Source of the DNA: an uncultured Acidobacteriota bacterium
GTDB lineage: Bacteria > Acidobacteriota > UBA6911
Assembly (NCBI GenBank): GCA_963827655.1
Contig: CAWHCF010000006.1
Coordinates: 64,001-128,000, forward strand
Direction of reading: 5' to 3'
Length of the DNA: 64,000 nucleotides
How positions within the stretch are numbered: the stretch's first letter is position 1; every line of letters begins with the position of its first letter. Under the pieces are notes generated by a model that had not been told where the DNA came from, made no database searches, and worked only from the letters and a program-made list of their open reading frames with translations. Of the stretch, positions 59,359 to 64,000 are shown one piece after another. Both the position numbers and the translations under genes were made by a program.

Positions 59359-60606
59359 TCAGATGAATGCCACCGATCCGTCGGCTCGATACTCAAATCC
59401 GCGGCGCCAGGGCTTGGGAGGATAATTCTTGAATGCCTCTTCGTTGAGCTCAATGCCGAAGCCGGGTTTGTTCGGGAGCGGAATATAGCCATCCTTGACC
59501 ATCAGCGGCTCCTTGAGCAAATCCTTGCGCGGCGCCACATCATCGGGGTGATATTCAAGGATCAGGAAATTGGGCGTGGACGCAGCGAAGTGGACATTAA
59601 CCGTGGTTGCAACAGGTCCCATCGGGTTGTGAGGCGCGACCATCACATAGTGGGCCTCTGCCATTGCGGCAATTTTCTTCATTTCCATCAGCCCGCCGCA
59701 AACACAGATGTCCGGCTGGATGATGTCGAGAGCCTGCGCGGCCAGAATGTCGCAAAACTCGAACTTCGTGTAGTTGCACTCGCCGCTGGCCAGCGGGATA
59801 TTGACGTGATCGGCTAGCTTGGCCATCGCCGCGGTATTCTCGGGACGAATCGGTTCCTCAAGCCACATAGGATGGTAAGGTTCGATCTCTCTGGCCAGGC
59901 GAATCGCGCGCGCCACTTCAAAAAACTTGGCGTGAATGTCGACCCCAATATCGACGTCGGGACCCAGCGATTCGCGAACGGCGCGGACGCGCTGGCCCGC
60001 CATGCGCGTGACGTAGTTGTACGGCCTGGCATTGGTGCCTGACTGGTGGGGCGACATTTTGACTGCAGTGTAACCGTATTTTTCGACCAGTCCCTTCGCA
60101 TTGTCCGCCACCTGCTTGGGCTCGCCGCCCCCGGCGCTCTGATAGACGCGGATCTTTTCCCGGCACTTTCCTCCGAGGAGCATATAAACCGGCAGGCCCG
60201 CCGCTTTGCCGGCGATATCCCAAAGCGCATGCTCGATGCCGCTCATGGCTGCGTTCACGACCAGGCCGCCCGGAAAGCGGGTAAAGTTGTACATCGTCGC
60301 CCACAGGTGTTCGATGTTCCGGGGTTCCTGACCTACCAGCCACCGCTTGAAATCCTGGACCGCCGCCACGGTCGCTTCATCCGGACCGCAGGAGTAGGCT
60401 TCGCCGATTCCATGAATGCCCTGATCGGTCTCTACTTTCACAAAAACCAGATTGCGATTTCCGACCCCGACCAGGAAGGTCTTGATGTCGGTTATCTTGA
60501 TGGCAGGTCGAGTCCCTAACTGCGGCGCTGCCTGAAGAAACGGCGCTGCCGCCATCGGAATCGCCGGCATGGCCCCCGCTTTGCCCAAAAACTCCCTTCT
60601 TCTCAT
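59359..60606 (-). CDS. Galactonate dehydratase-like mandelate racemase/enolase-family enzyme with a Tat-like leader
   Basis: MRRREFLG; SGIEHALWDIAGK, VDIH, EEP, GE, IIQPD, APHNP, PGFGIE. Confidence 0.85.
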   Translation of the reverse strand: MRRREFLGKAGAMPAIPMAAAPFLQAAPQLGTRPAIKITDIKTFLVGVGNRNLVFVKVETDQGIHGIGEAYSCGPDEATVAAVQDFKRWLVGQEPRNIEHLWATMYNFTRFPGGLVVNAAMSGIEHALWDIAGKAAGLPVYMLLGGKCREKIRVYQSAGGGEPKQVADNAKGLVEKYGYTAVKMSPHQSGTNARPYNYVTRMAGQRVRAVRESLGPDVDIGVDIHAKFFEVARAIRLAREIEPYHPMWLEEPIRPENTAAMAKLADHVNIPLASGECNYTKFEFCDILAAQALDIIQPDICVCGGLMEMKKIAAMAEAHYVMVAPHNPMGPVATTVNVHFAASTPNFLILEYHPDDVAPRKDLLKEPLMVKDGYIPLPNKPGFGIELNEEAFKNYPPKPWRRGFEYRADGSVAFI

Positions 60607-63416
60607 GACGCCTCCTTGACCCAGATTGGCGAACTCCACGCCAGTTGCCCGTCCTCCTGCAGCACGCGCACGTAGTACCAGCTCTCTCCCCTGACGGGTT
60701 CCTGATCGGTAAACTCGAAACTCGCCTCCTTCACCCCCGGACGAGTCGTATAGACGAACTTCTGGTTCCTTATCAAGTCTATCTGTTTGATCGCCCCGGT
60801 CCCGATCGCCCGCACACTGAACTGCGCCGTGCCGGCCGCCGCGATACTATCGCCCATGATGTAGTGCGCGCCGTCCAAGCGAGCCCGAAAATCGAGAATG
60901 ATATTGTCGGTAGCCGCGTAAGCATGCCGCCTCCGGATTGCCTCCATCAGCCCCTCGCGGGTGAAGTTCTCGGCCAGCAAGCACGCATAGGAAATATGGG
61001 TCGACCAGTGATCCGAACTGGATTGCACACCGAGCTTGTAACCTTTCGCAAGCGCATTCCACCAGAATCCCTGGGGCTGCCAGCCGCTCTTCTGGGCATG
61101 TTCGTTGAGCCGCGACGCTGCTCGAGGCGCCCCCTCATACTCGTAGCTGGTGCGGTATCCCTGATAGATCTCGATCAGCGGTTCGACTTCCGGATCGTTG
61201 TCGCGCCAGTCGGTCCCCTGGTCTGTCGCCGAGGAATGCGGCATTGAAATGCCCCGATTCGCGCGCAGGTACTCAAACAGTTTTGCTGCGCCTTGCTTGC
61301 CGGACCTCTCTTCCGGGGGAATCGGAAGCGTGCGCACGCCTCGCTGAGCGAAAACGATATTACGATGCCCGTTCGGGAAAGGGAGGCTCCTCTCGTAAGC
61401 GAACAGAGGAGTGAAAGACCCCGGGACCAGGAATAGATCGACGAGCTTCTGGTTCTGCCACCAGGTGAACTCCTGATCGTAGCCGGTCTGGTGATCGGTA
61501 GGCGCAACGTAGTCAAACCCGGCCGCGTCGAGAGCGTAGCGATAGACCTCGATGAGAGACCCGTCGTACTTGAAGTCAGGCGAGACATCAGTATGCCGGT
61601 GCATATCGCCCCGATAGATCTTGTAGCGCTTCTCGCCGGATGAAACCACGTAGGCACGAATCGCCTTTACGTCCTCGGCTTCATTGCTGTGCACCGGAAT
61701 CGATTCAACGAAGGGTTCCTGCAAGGGCCGGACCAGATCCGCGCCGGGCGGCATCGATCCGATGGCTCCCAGCCGCGAGACATATACCTCGGCATTCTGC
61801 GGCACCATGGTTGCGAAGGGGCGTTCATCGGTCATCCAGGCAGCCCAGAGTTCACCCCGCGGATCGCGCGTCATCCTGGGATGCTTCTCGATCGAGCCGC
61901 CACTGTGTATCAACGGCCGCGGCGTCGACCATGACGACCCGTCAAAGAGCGCCAAATAATTCTCCCACACCTGCGGGCTTCCGATTGCGCGCGCGTTGCG
62001 GCGGGTCCACCGGCGGAATAGAACGTGAAGCATGCCCTTTCCATCAAAGGCAATCTGGGGATGTTCGCTGTTCTCACGGAATCCGGCGGGCCACACTTCG
62101 CCAGGTCGCTGCTGCGGTTCGACCCATTGGCTTCCGTCCCACCGGACGACACGAACCGTGCGCTCTTTGTGAAGCGGAAACCCCAGAGAGGTGGGAATCA
62201 GGAATCCCTGGTCTTTGCCCCAATTGATGCCCGATTCATCCCAGGCCACCCACGGTCGATTCTGTAAATCCACGGCAACCGAGGCGTGGGCCTGGAAATA
62301 TGGGCTCGTGGTAACAGCGCGAACCGGAGAGAAGCCGCCTTTCTGATACGAGCGGAAGTGTACGTCGTAGTTTCCTTTGTCATAGCTGTCCCAGACGACA
62401 TGAGCCGTCCCGTCGCTCCCCGCCGCAACCGCCGGTTCCCAATCATTGGCGGGCGATTCGCTTACTCGAATCTCGCGGGACCAGGAGCCCTGTGAAAAGG
62501 CTCGCAGCAGAATATCGCTCTGTCCCGATCGAAAGCTTTGCCATACGACAAAAATGTCGCCCGTGGTCGAAGCAGCCGCCGCATGAAAGGTGTTCGAACC
62601 CTCGCCGCTCACGCGCTCGGGAGCCTGCCAGGAATCGCCCCGCTTTTGCCTGGCCCAGATGTGCCACCGCCCATTCTCACGTTCGCTCCAGATGACCCGG
62701 AGCGCGCCGCGCCCATCTGCAACCAGCGAGCAGCGAAAAATATCTCCCGCCTTCGGCGTCACCTCTTCGACCGCGGACCACGAGTCTTTAGCGCGCGTCC
62801 GAAGCAGAATACGGTCTCCTCGATCACGGTACGCTACCCAGGCGACGGCTATCGACCCGTCGGGCAAGGCTGCGATAGCGGGTTCGTCGTCTTCGAGCTC
62901 ACCCGTGGTGAGTTTCTCGGTTGCCGGAACCCGCGCGACCGAAGCGCGTCCTCCGAGGTAAGAAACCTGGTTGGCCCCGATCTCGGCGAGTTTGAAATCA
63001 AAGCTCCCCTGCGCCGTTTCAATAGCGATCTGGGTCGCGGCGCCGGGTTCGAGCGTCAAGAAGATGCCGACGGGATGAAACCAGATTTCAGGGCGCGAAC
63101 CCGGACGCATCTCCGTGTAGTGAATGTCTGCGTAGGGAGCGACCTCGTCGCGGCGAGTGGCGCAGCGCCACGTGCCCGGACCGGTCACCTCATCTCCTGC
63201 GGAAAAGTGATGCCCTTCGGTGGAGATCAAAGTCCCGCCGGCGACTCGCGCCGAGCCGTCCCAGCGTTCGACCGATTTTGCCTGTTCGCCCAGCGTGATG
63301 AGGAGCGCGACGGCGCTGGATGAAGATGGCGCCGGCTGGTAGACGGCAGTTCCTTGCAGCACAATCGTGCTCGCCACAGCCGTCAAGAGAACGACCAGAC
63401 CCAAGGTTCTCTTCAT
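60603..63416 (-). CDS. Secreted beta-propeller plus PHP-fold metallohydrolase (DUF3604-like), paralog B
   Basis: GDMHRHTDVS, TDH, GHRN, PHSSAT, SSDH, YAATDNI, WYYVRV...AWSSPIW. Confidence 0.75.
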   Translation of the reverse strand: MKRTLGLVVLLTAVASTIVLQGTAVYQPAPSSSSAVALLITLGEQAKSVERWDGSARVAGGTLISTEGHHFSAGDEVTGPGTWRCATRRDEVAPYADIHYTEMRPGSRPEIWFHPVGIFLTLEPGAATQIAIETAQGSFDFKLAEIGANQVSYLGGRASVARVPATEKLTTGELEDDEPAIAALPDGSIAVAWVAYRDRGDRILLRTRAKDSWSAVEEVTPKAGDIFRCSLVADGRGALRVIWSERENGRWHIWARQKRGDSWQAPERVSGEGSNTFHAAAASTTGDIFVVWQSFRSGQSDILLRAFSQGSWSREIRVSESPANDWEPAVAAGSDGTAHVVWDSYDKGNYDVHFRSYQKGGFSPVRAVTTSPYFQAHASVAVDLQNRPWVAWDESGINWGKDQGFLIPTSLGFPLHKERTVRVVRWDGSQWVEPQQRPGEVWPAGFRENSEHPQIAFDGKGMLHVLFRRWTRRNARAIGSPQVWENYLALFDGSSWSTPRPLIHSGGSIEKHPRMTRDPRGELWAAWMTDERPFATMVPQNAEVYVSRLGAIGSMPPGADLVRPLQEPFVESIPVHSNEAEDVKAIRAYVVSSGEKRYKIYRGDMHRHTDVSPDFKYDGSLIEVYRYALDAAGFDYVAPTDHQTGYDQEFTWWQNQKLVDLFLVPGSFTPLFAYERSLPFPNGHRNIVFAQRGVRTLPIPPEERSGKQGAAKLFEYLRANRGISMPHSSATDQGTDWRDNDPEVEPLIEIYQGYRTSYEYEGAPRAASRLNEHAQKSGWQPQGFWWNALAKGYKLGVQSSSDHWSTHISYACLLAENFTREGLMEAIRRRHAYAATDNIILDFRARLDGAHYIMGDSIAAAGTAQFSVRAIGTGAIKQIDLIRNQKFVYTTRPGVKEASFEFTDQEPVRGESWYYVRVLQEDGQLAWSSPIWVKEAS

Positions 63417-64000
63417 GCGCCCGTTCCGTATTCTTCAGCCGGAAGCAGTGGCCGGCTCGCGTCGATCTTCAGCCAGAGAAGGAAACTGATCGACAGCATT
63501 CCCACCATGATCAGGATTGCGGTATTCCACTGCCCGAGGCCGACAAAATAACCGAAAACCGTAGCCGCTATGGCGCCCGCGATCTGGGCCCCGGTATTCA
63601 TGAAACCGGTCACCGTGCCGGAATACCTCTTTCCTATATCCAGGCAGACCGCCCAGCAATTGGGCAGCATGAAATCGGTGGAGGCGAAACCCAGTGCCAG
63701 CGCGACCACCGCCACGAGCCGGTCGGTAGAGGCGATGGAAAGCAGGACGAAGCACGATGCTGCCCCCGAGCCCGATCAGACCGACCGAACGACGTCCCCA
63801 TTTCAGCCCCAGGCGGCGCACCAGCGCATCGCTCGACCATCCTCCAAGAGCATTGGCGATCGCTCCAAGGAAAAAAGGCAGCGAAGCATAGGCGGCAAAA
63901 TTCGTGATCCCGAGTTCCTTGACCAGATACGTGGGGAGCCAGGAAAAGTAGAACTGCACGCCGTAGCCGTAGGTGAAATACATTGCCGTCACGGCCCAGA
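63413..64000 (-). CDS. MFS transporter (ACS/sugar-acid type); partial at the window edge, frameshift near 63750
   Basis: FYFSWLPTYL, GGWSSDAL, WAVCLDIGKRYSGTVTGFMN. Confidence 0.85.

Overview
High-GC bacterial chromosomal segment. Gene content and intergenic repeat style suggest Acidobacteriota or a similar lineage (inference). No rRNA, tRNA, CRISPR array or intact transposase is recognisable. Core content: an ilvN-ilvC-ilvB operon under a clear leader-peptide transcription attenuator, an RpoH-like sigma, two ECF sigmas (one with an anti-sigma, one coupled to a Ser/Thr kinase), a MocR-ilvE-DinB locus, many secreted hydrolases, and three type II TA loci. The right end is a sugar/sugar-acid region with two paralogous propeller-PHP metallohydrolases. 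The best candidate for an undescribed system is a three-gene operon at 37.2-40.5 kb: a non-canonical acyl-CoA dehydrogenase-fold flavoprotein, a signal-less PhnD-fold protein and a TusA-like/di-iron ferritin-fold fusion. Other oddities are a 19-bp direct duplication around a poly(A) insert (57013-57069), a 233-bp MITE, REP doublets, and dispersed 6/7/9-mer periodic repeat families, one of which supplies the stop codons of two unrelated genes. Many single-base frameshifts suggest long-read assembly error, so pseudogene calls are provisional. All assignments come from motif recognition by eye; no searches were run.
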